Assembly: GCA_038206915.1 (NCBI GenBank)
Contig: JBBRAI010000009.1
Span: forward strand, 5,241-69,240
Reading direction: 5' to 3'
DNA from: Burkholderiales bacterium
Lineage (GTDB): Bacteria; Pseudomonadota; Gammaproteobacteria; Burkholderiales; SG8-39
Length of the DNA stretch: 64,000 nt
Every line of letters begins with the position of its first letter. Within the stretch, counting starts at the first letter, position 1. Shown here one piece after another: positions 1 through 9,485 of the stretch. Below the pieces are notes generated by a model. The model did not search any database. It saw nothing but the letters and a program-made list of their open reading frames with translations, and was not told the origin of the DNA. A program made the position numbers and the translations under genes.

Positions 1-400
1 CGAAACCCGAAAGCCGCAGCATGATCAATCCGGGATTCTCCGCGGCGAGCCGCTCATAGCCGAGGCCCCACTTTTCCATAGTGCCGGGGCGGAAATTCTC
101 GATCACGACGTCGGCGTCGCGTGCGAGCCGGTGCACGATTTCCTGCCCCTCTGCCAGGCGCAGATTTACCGTTACCGACTTCTTGTTGCGCGCCTGCGCG
201 TACCACCAGAGCGATGTCCCTGCGTGCAGCTTGCGCCACTGGCGCAGCGGATCGCCACCGGCTTGTCCATCGGCCGCTGGTGGCTCTATTTTAATCACCT
301 CGGCGCCGAATTCGGCGAGCAGCTTGCCCGCGAACGGGCCGGCAATGAGCTGGCCCAGTTCGATCACCTTGACACCTTCGAGCGGCTTCTTCGAGCTCAC
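1..400 (-). CDS. CoA-transferase family III (CaiB/BaiF type), N-terminal part; gene runs off the left edge
   Basis: Reverse translation from GTG at 400-398 reads [41 protein letters not shown]...[20 protein letters not shown], a typical family III CoA-transferase N-terminus. It is absent from the ORF track because the window edge truncates it. The start overlaps the recR stop (GTGA). Confidence 0.75.
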   Translation of the reverse strand, partial: MSSKKPLEGVKVIELGQLIAGPFAGKLLAEFGAEVIKIEPPAADGQAGGDPLRQWRKLHAGTSLWWYAQARNKKSVTVNLRLAEGQEIVHRLARDADVVIENFRPGTMEKWGLGYERLAAENPGLIMLRLSGF

Positions 401-993
401 AGCGGCCTGCGCTCCACCACGGCCTGGGCCAGCGTGCCGCTGTCCACATATTCGAGTTCGCCGCCCACCGGCACGCCGCGCGCGATGCGGCTGACTTTGA
501 GGTCGCGGCCGCGCAGCATTTCGCCGATATAGTGCGCCGTAGCCTCGCCCTCGTTGGTGAAGTTCGTCGCCAGGATTACCTCGCGCACTATGCCGTCGGC
601 GGCGCGCGCGAGCAGCCGGTCCAGGCCGATGTCCCTGGGGCCGATCCCGTCCAGCGGCGACAGACGCCCCATGAGCACGAAGTACATGCCGGGGAACGCC
701 AGCGTCTGTTCCATCATCAGCAGATCGGCGGGCGTCTCCACCACTGCGAGGAGCGTGGCGTCGCGCCGCGGCGAACTGCACAGCGCGCAGACTTCGTCCT
801 CGGTAAAGCTGTTGCATTTGGCGCAGCGGCGTATGCCCTGCAGCGCCTTGCCTATGCTATCGCTCAGCTTTTGCGCCCCGTCCCGGTCGTATTGCAGCAG
901 GTGATATGCCATGCGCTGCGCCGATTTCGGCCCGACCCCGGGAAGGCAGCGCAGGGCTTCGATCAGCGTTTCAAGCGAAGTCGGCGCCTTCAT
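397..993 (-). CDS. recR: Recombination protein RecR
   Basis: 198 aa with an HhH motif ([17 protein letters not shown]), a C4 zinc finger (CAKCNSF...CALC) and a Toprim-like C-terminus. Classical dnaX-ybaB-recR order. Confidence 0.95.
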   Translation of the reverse strand: MKAPTSLETLIEALRCLPGVGPKSAQRMAYHLLQYDRDGAQKLSDSIGKALQGIRRCAKCNSFTEDEVCALCSSPRRDATLLAVVETPADLLMMEQTLAFPGMYFVLMGRLSPLDGIGPRDIGLDRLLARAADGIVREVILATNFTNEGEATAHYIGEMLRGRDLKVSRIARGVPVGGELEYVDSGTLAQAVVERRPL

Positions 994-1070
994 TCGCGTG
1001 CGCGCCCGGCGATAGCGGATTCATGCGGCCGGAGCGCGGCGGAATTTTTCATGCGCGGCGGCTGCGCCGG

Positions 1071-1397
1071 TCAGAACGGCAGCTTCATTCCCGGGGGCAA
1101 ACCCATGCCCGCGGCGAGGCCGCCCATTTTTTCCTGCACCGTCGTCTCGACCCGACGCACCGCATCGTTTACGGCGGCAGCGACCAGGTCTTCCAGCATC
1201 TCCTTGTCGTCACCGACCAGCGACGGATCGATGCTGATGCGCTTGACATCGTGCTTGCAGGTCATCACCACCTTGACCATGCCCGCGCCAGCCTGCCCCT
1301 CGACCTCCACGCTGGCAAGCTGCTCCTGCATCTTGCGCATGTTTTCCTGCATCTGCTGCGCCTGTTTCATCAGGCCGGCCAACTGCCCTTTCATCAT
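1071..1397 (-). CDS. ybaB: Nucleoid-associated protein YbaB/EbfC
   Basis: 108 aa: [28 protein letters not shown]...[29 protein letters not shown]. Conserved position between dnaX and recR. Confidence 0.9.
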   Translation of the reverse strand: MMKGQLAGLMKQAQQMQENMRKMQEQLASVEVEGQAGAGMVKVVMTCKHDVKRISIDPSLVGDDKEMLEDLVAAAVNDAVRRVETTVQEKMGGLAAGMGLPPGMKLPF

Positions 1398-1451
1398 GTA
1401 ACTGTCTCCTGCTGATTGTCCGTTACTAAGCGTTGCCCCGCACCAGTCTCA

Positions 1452-3050
1452 CTAGGCGGGCTTGACCGAGTCGCTGACGATGGTGGCGTCGAAGGTATCC
1501 ATCAGGTCACGCACGAATGCGTCGTCCTGGATCGCCTCCAGCGCCTTGCCCTGACGCGCTTCGCGCTCGTTCTGCGCCTTGACTGCCGCAGTATTGCCGC
1601 TGATTTCGCCGATCACGACTTTGAGCGCAATCCGCTTGCCGAAATATTCCTGCAGCGCCGCGCGCAGCTTGTCCTGATAGGTCCGATCCGAAAGATGCTT
1701 CGCGGAAAAGGCCAGACCAAGTTCAAGGCTGTCGCCGTCGAAGTCGCGCAACTCACTCTGTTGCGCGAGTTGCTTGGCGACGCCGCTGACTTTCAGCTGA
1801 TTGGCCAGCTTCGGCCAGTCCCCGTCGAACGCGGGCGCGGCCGCTGCCATGGCGCGCGTGCCTGGCCCCGGCGCCGCGTTTGCGGCACCATCGCGTACGC
1901 CCTGGGCGTCGGGCCGCTTCTTCGCCGCAACCGGGGCCGGGGTCGACGCAGCGGCGGCGCCGGCCTCGATGGGCCGAAACGCGAGCATGCGCATCAGCGT
2001 CATGGTGAAGCCGGCATATTCGTCCGGCGCCAGCGACAGGTCGCGCCTGCCGTGCAGCGCGATCTGATATTGCAGCTGCAATTCCTCGGCGTCGAACTGC
2101 TGCGCCAGGGCCAGAATGCGCTCGCGCTCCGGCAGGTCCTGGCTGAGCGCCTCGGGCGCGCTTCTCGCCAGGGCGACCTGATGCAGCAGCGTGGCGAGAT
2201 CCTGCAGCGCGCTGTCGAAGGAAAGACTGCGCGACTCCATCTCGCCCGCGACGCCGAGCATCGCCTTGATGTCATGTCCCGCTAGGCCGTCGAGCAACTT
2301 GAACAGATAGTCCTGGTCGATCGCGCCGAGCATGGCGCGTACGGCATCCTCGCTCACCTTGCCGCCTGCGTAGGCGATGGCCTGATCGAGCAGCGACAGC
2401 GCATCGCGCATGCTGCCCTGCGCGGCCTGGGCGATCAGGCGCAGCGCCGCCGGCTCGGACGCGGTGTTCTCCTGCTGCAGGATGTGGCCCAGATGGCCGT
2501 AAATCGCCTCGCGCGGCATCTGCTTCAGGTTGAACTGCAGGCAGCGCGACAGCACCGTGACCGGGATTTTCTCCGGTTCGGTAGTGGCAAGAATGAATTT
2601 GATGTGTTCAGGCGGTTCTTCAAGCGTCTTCAGCATCGCGTTAAACGCCGAGCGCGATAGCATGTGCACTTCGTCGATCACATACACTTTGAAGCGCCCG
2701 CACGTGGGCGTATATACCGCATTCTCGAGGAGCTGGCGCATTTCCTCGACCTTGGTATTGGTCGCAGCATCGACCTCAATCAGGTCGACGAAGCGGCCGC
2801 TGTCGATTTCGGTACAGGCCGAGCACACGCCGCAGGGCGTGGCGGTGATGCCGGTCTCGCAATTGAGGGCCTTGGCGAGGATGCGCGCCAGCGTCGTCTT
2901 GCCAACGCCGCGCGTGCCGGTGAAGAGATAGGCGTGGTGCAGTCGCTTTTGCTCCAGCGCGTGCGTGAGCGCGCGCACCACGTGCTCCTGCCCGACCAGA
3001 CTGGCGAAATTACGCGGGCGCCATTTGCGCGCAAGGACCTGGTAACTCAT
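1452..3050 (-). CDS. dnaX: DNA polymerase III subunit tau/gamma
   Basis: 532 aa: MSYQVLARKWRPRNFASLVGQEHV, Walker A GTRGVGKTT, zinc module CETGITATPCGVCSAC, Walker B VYVIDEVHML. The C-terminal tau domain is present. Confidence 0.95.
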   Translation of the reverse strand: MSYQVLARKWRPRNFASLVGQEHVVRALTHALEQKRLHHAYLFTGTRGVGKTTLARILAKALNCETGITATPCGVCSACTEIDSGRFVDLIEVDAATNTKVEEMRQLLENAVYTPTCGRFKVYVIDEVHMLSRSAFNAMLKTLEEPPEHIKFILATTEPEKIPVTVLSRCLQFNLKQMPREAIYGHLGHILQQENTASEPAALRLIAQAAQGSMRDALSLLDQAIAYAGGKVSEDAVRAMLGAIDQDYLFKLLDGLAGHDIKAMLGVAGEMESRSLSFDSALQDLATLLHQVALARSAPEALSQDLPERERILALAQQFDAEELQLQYQIALHGRRDLSLAPDEYAGFTMTLMRMLAFRPIEAGAAAASTPAPVAAKKRPDAQGVRDGAANAAPGPGTRAMAAAAPAFDGDWPKLANQLKVSGVAKQLAQQSELRDFDGDSLELGLAFSAKHLSDRTYQDKLRAALQEYFGKRIALKVVIGEISGNTAAVKAQNEREARQGKALEAIQDDAFVRDLMDTFDATIVSDSVKPA

Positions 3051-3132
3051 GCTGAAATTTTACCAGCGTAGTCAAGCTTGCGGAGAAAGGATTCCAAAGT
3101 CGAATCGCGCCGCACCTAACCCTCACCCCTAG

Positions 3133-3157
3133 CCCCTCTCCCTTGGAGGGCGAGGGG
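3133..3157. repeat. REP-like GC-rich hairpin (CCCCTCTCCC-TTGGA-GGGCGAGGGG) between ffs and dnaX
   Basis: Inverted repeat read directly from the sequence. The surrounding text CTCACCCCTAGCCCCTCTCCC...GAGGGGAAC resembles a widespread proteobacterial extragenic palindrome. Only one copy lies in this window. Confidence 0.35.
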
Positions 3158-3200
3158 AACCTCGAGTGTCGCCCGTGCTGCGCCGGGCGACTATGCTGGG

Positions 3201-3301
3201 TGGGTGGCGAGCCGGACCCCCGGCACTCGCAGTGAATAGCTGTGGCTGCTTCCTTCCGGACCTGACCAGGTTCACTACGCCGCGATGCGGGGCGGCCCGC
3301 C
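3201..3301 (-). ncRNA. ffs: Signal recognition particle RNA (4.5S, small SRP RNA)
   Basis: The reverse strand contains CCTGGTCAGGTCCGGAAGGAAGCAGCCACAGC, the conserved domain IV core as I recall it from E. coli 4.5S RNA. The flanks pair into a long helix (GGCGGGCCGCCCCGCA... with ...TGCCGGGGGTCCGGCTCGCC). Canonical location just upstream of dnaX. A CATAAT -10-like box lies at 3308-3313. Ends are approximate (+/- 5 nt). Confidence 0.8.
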
Positions 3302-3373
3302 GACGCCATTATGAACGAGCCGGGCGCCATTCGCGTAGATATTTGCTCGCCGGCGGGTTGCCCAGCCCAGCCG

Positions 3374-4387
3374 TCAGTCTGCCGCGGCGGGCGGGCGCAC
3401 GCGCGCTAGCACCCGGCGCAGCTGATCGACCGAGAGGTTGCCCCCGCTCAGCACCAACACCACGTTCTTTCCGGCGAGCTTTGACCTGAGTCCGACAGCC
3501 GCAGCTAGCGATGCGGCTCCGGCGCCTTCGGCCAGATTGTGCGTATGCTCGAGCAGCAGCAGGATAGCGTCCTCGATCGCGGCGTCCTCGGCAAGCACGA
3601 AATCGTCCAGGTACTTGCGCATGATGCGCTGCGTATTCTCGAACGGAACGCGCGTGGCCAGCCCCTCGGCGGCGGTCTTCATCTCCGCGCTGACCGGTTT
3701 GCCGGCGGCCCAGCTCATCTGAATCGCGGGCGCCTGCGCCGACTGGACGCCGATTACCTGTATGCGCGGGTTTATACTCTTGGCGACGATTGCGGTCGCA
3801 CAGACGCCGCTGCCTGCGCCGACCGGAACGATGATGACATCGACCTCCGGCAGGTCCTCGATGATTTCCAGCGCGTAGGTGCCGACGCCGTGGATCAGCT
3901 GCGGCTCCGTGGGGCCGACGAAGCGCCCGCCGCGCGCTGCGGCGATATCCGCGACCCATATGCGCGCGCCGTCGAAATCGTCGCCATGAAACACGACCTC
4001 AGCCCCCAACCCCTGCATGGCCGCCACCTTGCCCGGGTTGGCGCCATGCGGCACGGCGATGGTCGCGCGCACCCCGTGCGCACGCGCCGCGTAGGCGATA
4101 CTCTGCCCATGGTTACCGGTCGATGCCGTGAACAGCCCGGAGTTGCGCTCCTGCTCGCTCAGCTGCGCCACCAGGTTCACGCCTCCCCTCACCTTGAATG
4201 CGCCCACCGGCAGGTGGTTCTCGTGCTTTACCCACACCCGTGCGCCGACGAGCGCACTCAGTCCTGCATAGTGATACAGGGGCGTGGGCCTGAGGTAGCG
4301 GTATACGCGGGGCCGCGCGGCGATGACCTCGCGCAGCGACGGCATGGAACCGTCATCGGACATTTTCCCGGTCGACGTATCAGCCAC
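3374..4387 (-). CDS. PLP-dependent threonine/serine dehydratase family enzyme (fold type II)
   Basis: 337 aa with the PLP lysine motif HENHLPVGAFKVRGG, STGNHGQSIAYAA, and a glycine loop VPVGAGSG. The start is uncertain: GTG at 4387 or ATG at 4363. Confidence 0.8.
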   Translation of the reverse strand: MADTSTGKMSDDGSMPSLREVIAARPRVYRYLRPTPLYHYAGLSALVGARVWVKHENHLPVGAFKVRGGVNLVAQLSEQERNSGLFTASTGNHGQSIAYAARAHGVRATIAVPHGANPGKVAAMQGLGAEVVFHGDDFDGARIWVADIAAARGGRFVGPTEPQLIHGVGTYALEIIEDLPEVDVIIVPVGAGSGVCATAIVAKSINPRIQVIGVQSAQAPAIQMSWAAGKPVSAEMKTAAEGLATRVPFENTQRIMRKYLDDFVLAEDAAIEDAILLLLEHTHNLAEGAGAASLAAAVGLRSKLAGKNVVLVLSGGNLSVDQLRRVLARVRPPAAAD

Positions 4388-4402
4388 GGCACATGTCTCG
4401 GA

Positions 4403-5275
4403 TCAAAATATGCGGTCAGCTATCGCGCGCGGATCGCGCATGCGGTACCGACCCGATTCGACCTGATGAAAGAAATTTTCGCACAGTGCGTTGAACAATG
4501 CCGGCTCCTCCAGATTACAGGCGTGCCCGGTCTGCGGCATGAACGCGAGCCCGGCGGACGGCATGTGGCGTTTGAGCAGGAGCGAGGCGTCCAGGCAGGG
4601 TTCGTCCTCGTCCCCGCTGATGATCAGCGTCGGCACGCGGCACTTTGCCATCTGCCGCGTGAAATCCCCGAGCGAAGGGCGCAGTGCCTGATAGCCTTTC
4701 AGCGTGAGCGCCGAGCCCTTGGCGGAGTGCCGCTTGATCAGATCAACGAACAGCGCGAATCCGCGCGGATCCTTGTTCTCCAATTGCACACGCGTCGGCG
4801 ACTCGGTCCGCTGCGCTGCGTTCTTCTCCCAGCCATCGGCCACCAGCTTGTCCGCCACGGCCTCCGATTCGCGCCTGAAGGCGGCGCGCGTCTCCGGCAG
4901 GGATCCCGAGCCGATGCCGGCGAGCGTCAGCGACAGCGCCCGCTCGGGCCACTGCATGCCGAAATAGAATGTCGCGAACGCGCCCATGGACAGCCCCACG
5001 ATGTGCGCCCTGTCGATCGCGAGCCCGTCGAGCATGGCGAGGATGCCGGCGCGCTGATGCTCGAAGCTGTAGTCTTCAATCCGCTCCGGCACATCCGACG
5101 GCGGATAGCCGCGCGCATTGAAGGCGATGCATCGATAGCGCCGCGAGAAATGGCGCAGTTGCGCCTCCCAGCTGCGGTACTCGCCCATGAACTCGTGCAC
5201 GAACAGGATCGGCGTCCCCTGGCCGGTTTCCTCGTAGTAGAGCCTGACGCCGTCGGCGCACGTGACATGGGGCAT
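4403..5275 (-). CDS. Alpha/beta-fold hydrolase
   Basis: MPHVTCADGVRLYYEETGQGTPILFVHEF..., nucleophile elbow GLSMG, C-terminal GH. I moved the start to ATG 5275 because it follows a perfect AAGGAG at 5-nt spacing. The ORF-track start at 5317 is a TTG overlapping the upstream stop. Confidence 0.8.
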   Translation of the reverse strand: MPHVTCADGVRLYYEETGQGTPILFVHEFMGEYRSWEAQLRHFSRRYRCIAFNARGYPPSDVPERIEDYSFEHQRAGILAMLDGLAIDRAHIVGLSMGAFATFYFGMQWPERALSLTLAGIGSGSLPETRAAFRRESEAVADKLVADGWEKNAAQRTESPTRVQLENKDPRGFALFVDLIKRHSAKGSALTLKGYQALRPSLGDFTRQMAKCRVPTLIISGDEDEPCLDASLLLKRHMPSAGLAFMPQTGHACNLEEPALFNALCENFFHQVESGRYRMRDPRAIADRIF

Positions 5276-5313
5276 AAAATCTCCTTGAATAATGTCGGCA
5301 GCGCAACCGTTGC

Positions 5314-5688
5314 TCAAGCCTTTCCGCTGAGCATACGCGTGAGCTCTCCGCTCTTATCGAGTTTCTCCAAATCGTTGGCGCCGCCGACGAGCACGCCTTT
5401 GACGAAGACCATAGGGAAGGTCGGCCAGCCTGTCCACATCTTCAGTGCATTGCGCCGCCGCCAGCCGTCGAGGTAGCTCCCGTATTCCAGGTTCGTGAAC
5501 GCCAGTCCCTTGCGTACGAGCAGTTTGCGTGCTTTTTTCGGGAACGGATTCTGCGCCATGCCCACGACGACAATGTCATTGGCGGCGATGGCGACCTGCA
5601 CCTCGCGCACGATATCGGCGTGGTTGTTCGCCATGGTTTCCCGTATCGCGGGGTGGATATGCGCTTCATCGAGTATGCTGCGACCCAT
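5314..5688 (-). CDS. Glutaredoxin-fold protein (monothiol Grx-like) lacking the active-site cysteine
   Basis: 124 aa. It aligns with Grx4-type proteins (IVVVGMAQNPFPKKARKLL...WPTFPMVFVKGVLVGGANDLEKL), but NPFP occupies the position of CGFS. AAGGAG lies 7 nt upstream of the ATG. Confidence 0.65.
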   Translation of the reverse strand: MGRSILDEAHIHPAIRETMANNHADIVREVQVAIAANDIVVVGMAQNPFPKKARKLLVRKGLAFTNLEYGSYLDGWRRRNALKMWTGWPTFPMVFVKGVLVGGANDLEKLDKSGELTRMLSGKA

Positions 5689-5768
5689 GTTGAGTCTCCT
5701 TTGTGCGAGCGTGCAACGCCGGCCGAATTCGCGGCGCGCGATATATTAACCCAGCCGGCGCGCAACGC

Positions 5769-8700
5769 TCAGCGCGCCGCGAGCCGTAGCTGAACATTGA
5801 CCTGCTTGGCGTCGGCATCCGCGCTCGGCGCGGCTTCGATACGCACAAGGCGCGCCGGAGCGGCGCCGGCCTCCTGCATTTCCGTTTCGATCGCCAGCGC
5901 GCGCTGCCGCCCGAGCTCGGCCAGCGCATTCGGCGGCAGAGCCTGCGCGTCGCGCAGCCGGCGCAGCAAGCTGCGGTAGAACTCGCGCGCATCCACTATC
6001 TGCGTTGCGCCGCTGGCAAGATCGCGTATCCGCTCGGCCAGCGGCGGTCCCGGTTGCTTGGCCACGCGCGCCTTCGCCTCGGCCTGCGTGCGCATACGCT
6101 CGAGTTCGGGTTTGCCGAAGCGCTCCGCAAACAGCGACCTCAATGCCGCCCTGGTCTTGTCGTCTTCGATATTGATTCGACCCGGAGCCTCATCGCCGGC
6201 CAGTGCGAAACCGGCGCGGCGCCCGATCTCGAGACCGAGCGCCGAGCGTTTCAGCGCCTGCGTATCGGCCGCGCTGTCGTAATGCGGCGGAATCTCCAGC
6301 TTCAGTTCCGGTCGCTTGGCCAGCGCTGCGGCGATGTGCGCAAGCTTTTCCTGTTCGGGCGGCAGCACCCGGCTGCTGCCCGGGTCGAACAGGATGGTTC
6401 CGCCGAAATCGGCCGCTTTCCCGCCGAAAAGCTGCGCGAGCGCGCGGAACGGCGCCGCCACAATGTTGCCTATCAAATTGCCCACCGCTTTCCAGACGAG
6501 CGGCGCCAGGCTGAACTGGGGATCGTCGAGGTTGCCCTTGACCGGCACTTCCAGCGAAATCGTGCCATCGGCATCCTTGAGCAGCGCGACGGCGAGCTCG
6601 AACGGCAGCTTGAGCGCGCCCGGGCTGTCGACGCGCTCGCCGAGCGTAAATTTCTCCAGCTTGATCTTGTTGTCGCCCTCGAGCAGGCTGTCGCGCAGCC
6701 GGTAATTCAGGTCCACCGCCATGCGACCGCTCGCGATGCGATAGCCGGCAAAGCGCATCGAATAAGGCGATACGGTGGCAAGATCGATGTTGCGCAACTG
6801 CACGCGAAAATTGCTGCGGTCGCGCGGCGCGAATGGATTGACCGTTCCGGACAGGCGCGCGTAGCCGAACTCGTCGACGCGGCCTTCGAACGCGAACTGG
6901 CTGCGCGCCTCGCGTTCGCTCGACAGGCCGTTTGCCGTGCCGGCCAGATCGACGATCTTCGCCACGAAGCCTGGGCTCAGGCTGTCGTCGGAGAAATCCA
7001 GCGCCCCCTGCGCCACCCGCACCCGCCGCACTGCGACTGCAACGGCGCTCTGCCCGGCCGGCGCTGACGCAGCGTCCGCTTGCGCCGCGCGCGGTGCGCC
7101 CTGCGCGTTCGCAGACGGCGGCTTGTCGTTCGCGCTTCCCGCCTTGTCGAAAGCACGCGACAGATTGCTGCTGCCGTCCTTTGCGATCGCGAGCCGGCCT
7201 GCCGGAGCCGTCAAGCGCAATTCGTCGATGTCGACGCGATCCGGCGACAGGCTGGCCTTGAGCGCATCGGTCGCAAGCGATTTCCAGCCGAACAGCCGAA
7301 CCCCGGACTGGTCGTCGAGCACGAGATTGTCGACAGCTGCGTTTCCGGAGTAGGCGAGCTTCGCCTCCTTGCCGCCGGCGCGCAAGGTGCCGGCAAGCGA
7401 GGCCGTGCCAGAGCCCAGCTTTACGCTCGCAAATCGATGCAGCAGGGGTTGGATCGGCGCGAGCGCCACGCCGCTCGCCTTGATTTTCGCTGTGAGCTTG
7501 CCAAGCGCGGGTACCGCCTGCCCGTTCAGTGCGATGTGTCCGCCGCTCTTGAGTTCGGCGCCCGCGTCAAAGGAGAGTTTCTGCGCCGAATCGCTGGAGA
7601 CGTTCTTGAGTTTTGCGCTCAGGCGCTGCAGTTCCAGGGCCATGCCGCTGGCGCGATCGGTTGCGCTGACGCTGCCCTCTGCCAGTTCCAGCAATTTTAC
7701 CGTCGCGGATAGCGGCTTTTCCGGTTTAGGTCCGAGCTGGGTCGGCAGCAGATCGAGCACCGACGCGCTGCCGTTCTCGAGCGCGGTGTCCAGCTGCAGG
7801 CTGCCGATGCGCGCCGCTTCGGCAGTCAGCGTCTTCCCGCCGCTGTCGTAGCGCATGCCCGTCAGCGACGATTGTTCAAGTCGCAGCGCCGGCGATTTGC
7901 CGCCGCCTGTGGGCGCAGATGCCGCGGCCGCCTCGAGACGCGCCATGGCGATACTCGGAGCTTCGATGCGCACGCGGACGCCCTGTTTGCCTGCCGCCGC
8001 ATCGACGGAAAAGCTGCCGTTCAGGCCGTCCACCGCGAGCGCAAGCGGCGTTTTCGCCGTGCGGTCGATGTAGCGAGCGCTAGCGCCGGCGATCTCGACC
8101 GCGCCTACGCTCGCCTGCCACGCGCCGGGTGCGTCGGCGCCGGCAGGACCGTCCGCCGCGAAACGCCGCAGCAGATCGATTTCGCCTTTGGCATCGCGTT
8201 CGAGCGCCAGCTTGAGATCCGCAACGCGCAGTATCGTGGCCGAAACCTGCCGCCTGCCAAGGTCGAACGCAATACCCTCCAGCGCAAGCTGCTCCAGCGC
8301 AAGCTGCTCCAGCGCCAGCATGGATTTCGCGTCGTCCACCGCACCGACGCCGGCACTTGCCAGCGTGAGCCCGCGCACCGAGCCGCGCTGCGTATCCAGC
8401 GCGAACTCCAGGCCGTCGAGTGCGATCGCGCCGGTCTGGACCGGAGGCAGCGCGTCCTTGCCCGAAACCAGACGCGATGGGCCGATGCGCGCATTCTTGA
8501 GCGCAATATGCCGCGCCGACGCATCGAAATTGATTCCAGCGGCGGCGATTGCACCGAATTTCGCCTGTAGCGCCGACTCCCCGCCTGCGGCCAGCGCAAG
8601 CCCGCGCAATTCCAGCTTCGCCCCCTTCACAATGAAACGGGGTTTGTCCTGCGGCAAAGTCAGTACATAGGGCAATTCCAGATCCGCATCGCCCGCCAGC

Positions 8701-9437
8701 ACGCGCACCGGGCTGTAGTCATCGATGTAAGGCATGAGTTCCGCCAGCGCCAGATTCTCCAGAACGAGGGTGCCGTCCGCGACCAGGGGTGCAAGCGCAA
8801 CACTTCCTTTCCAGCTCAGCTTTGCGCCGCGCGGCGTTTGCCCCTGCAGCGCGTACGAACCCGGTTCGTCGTCCAGCGTCGTCAGCGCCTTGAGTTCGAT
8901 CGAGAGGTGTTCCAGGCGCTCGCGATAGGCCTGACGCTGGTCGGCGAAGTCTATGCTGCCGTTGGCGACGGATAGATGCGCGACGGCTAGACGCGGCGGC
9001 TGCGCCGCCGCCGTGCCCCCCGCGCCAATCGCGAGCGCTGCCAGGTTGAGCCGGCCGTCCTTGCCGATTTCCACATGCGCCACGGGATCGGTCAGGCTTA
9101 CTTTGTCCAGCACCCAGGCGCGGCGCAGCAGCGAACGCCAGCCGAGGTCGGCCACGGCGTCGCCGAAGGAGAGCAGCGGCCCGCCCGCAGCAGTCGTTAG
9201 CGAGAATTCGCGCGCATGCAGCCTGAGCGTAAACGGATTGAAGCTGACCGCGCCGATGCTTGCGCGCTGGTGCAGATTCTGTTCGACGTAGCGTGGAAGC
9301 TCGCGCTGCGCAATCCACGGCAAAAGCAGGAACCCCGCCAGCGCGTAGGCGGCGACCAGCGCTGCTGCTATTAAGGCCGCAAGCAGCAGTCTGCGCCTGG
9401 GCGCGCCAGGCGGCATAGTCCGGCTCATCACAGGCAC
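5769..9437 (-). CDS. Very large DUF748/AsmA-like envelope protein with an N-terminal membrane anchor
   Basis: 1222 aa. N-terminal TM (RRRLLLAALIAAALVAAYALAGFLLLPW), a long repetitive Ala/Gly/Leu-rich beta-type body, and a C-terminal region typical of DUF748 proteins. The family assignment is from memory of this architecture. Confidence 0.65.
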   Translation of the reverse strand: MPVMSRTMPPGAPRRRLLLAALIAAALVAAYALAGFLLLPWIAQRELPRYVEQNLHQRASIGAVSFNPFTLRLHAREFSLTTAAGGPLLSFGDAVADLGWRSLLRRAWVLDKVSLTDPVAHVEIGKDGRLNLAALAIGAGGTAAAQPPRLAVAHLSVANGSIDFADQRQAYRERLEHLSIELKALTTLDDEPGSYALQGQTPRGAKLSWKGSVALAPLVADGTLVLENLALAELMPYIDDYSPVRVLAGDADLELPYVLTLPQDKPRFIVKGAKLELRGLALAAGGESALQAKFGAIAAAGINFDASARHIALKNARIGPSRLVSGKDALPPVQTGAIALDGLEFALDTQRGSVRGLTLASAGVGAVDDAKSMLALEQLALEQLALEGIAFDLGRRQVSATILRVADLKLALERDAKGEIDLLRRFAADGPAGADAPGAWQASVGAVEIAGASARYIDRTAKTPLALAVDGLNGSFSVDAAAGKQGVRVRIEAPSIAMARLEAAAASAPTGGGKSPALRLEQSSLTGMRYDSGGKTLTAEAARIGSLQLDTALENGSASVLDLLPTQLGPKPEKPLSATVKLLELAEGSVSATDRASGMALELQRLSAKLKNVSSDSAQKLSFDAGAELKSGGHIALNGQAVPALGKLTAKIKASGVALAPIQPLLHRFASVKLGSGTASLAGTLRAGGKEAKLAYSGNAAVDNLVLDDQSGVRLFGWKSLATDALKASLSPDRVDIDELRLTAPAGRLAIAKDGSSNLSRAFDKAGSANDKPPSANAQGAPRAAQADAASAPAGQSAVAVAVRRVRVAQGALDFSDDSLSPGFVAKIVDLAGTANGLSSEREARSQFAFEGRVDEFGYARLSGTVNPFAPRDRSNFRVQLRNIDLATVSPYSMRFAGYRIASGRMAVDLNYRLRDSLLEGDNKIKLEKFTLGERVDSPGALKLPFELAVALLKDADGTISLEVPVKGNLDDPQFSLAPLVWKAVGNLIGNIVAAPFRALAQLFGGKAADFGGTILFDPGSSRVLPPEQEKLAHIAAALAKRPELKLEIPPHYDSAADTQALKRSALGLEIGRRAGFALAGDEAPGRINIEDDKTRAALRSLFAERFGKPELERMRTQAEAKARVAKQPGPPLAERIRDLASGATQIVDAREFYRSLLRRLRDAQALPPNALAELGRQRALAIETEMQEAGAAPARLVRIEAAPSADADAKQVNVQLRLAAR

Positions 9438-9485
9438 TCGACCCGCGCGGAACCCGTATGCGTCGCGCCGCAGTAGGAACAGAAA

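Noticed and set aside
1452-3050. Programmed -1 frameshift site in dnaX (A-AAA-AAG as in E. coli)
   Set aside because: I found no A-AAA-AAG or similar heptamer (no CTTTTTT on the plus strand) in the gene, so there is no sequence evidence for a gamma-producing frameshift here.
3539-5476. 645-aa forward ORF
   Set aside because: It lies antisense to the PLP dehydratase and the alpha/beta hydrolase. The composition (R, G, A, P, H runs) is typical of shadow frames.
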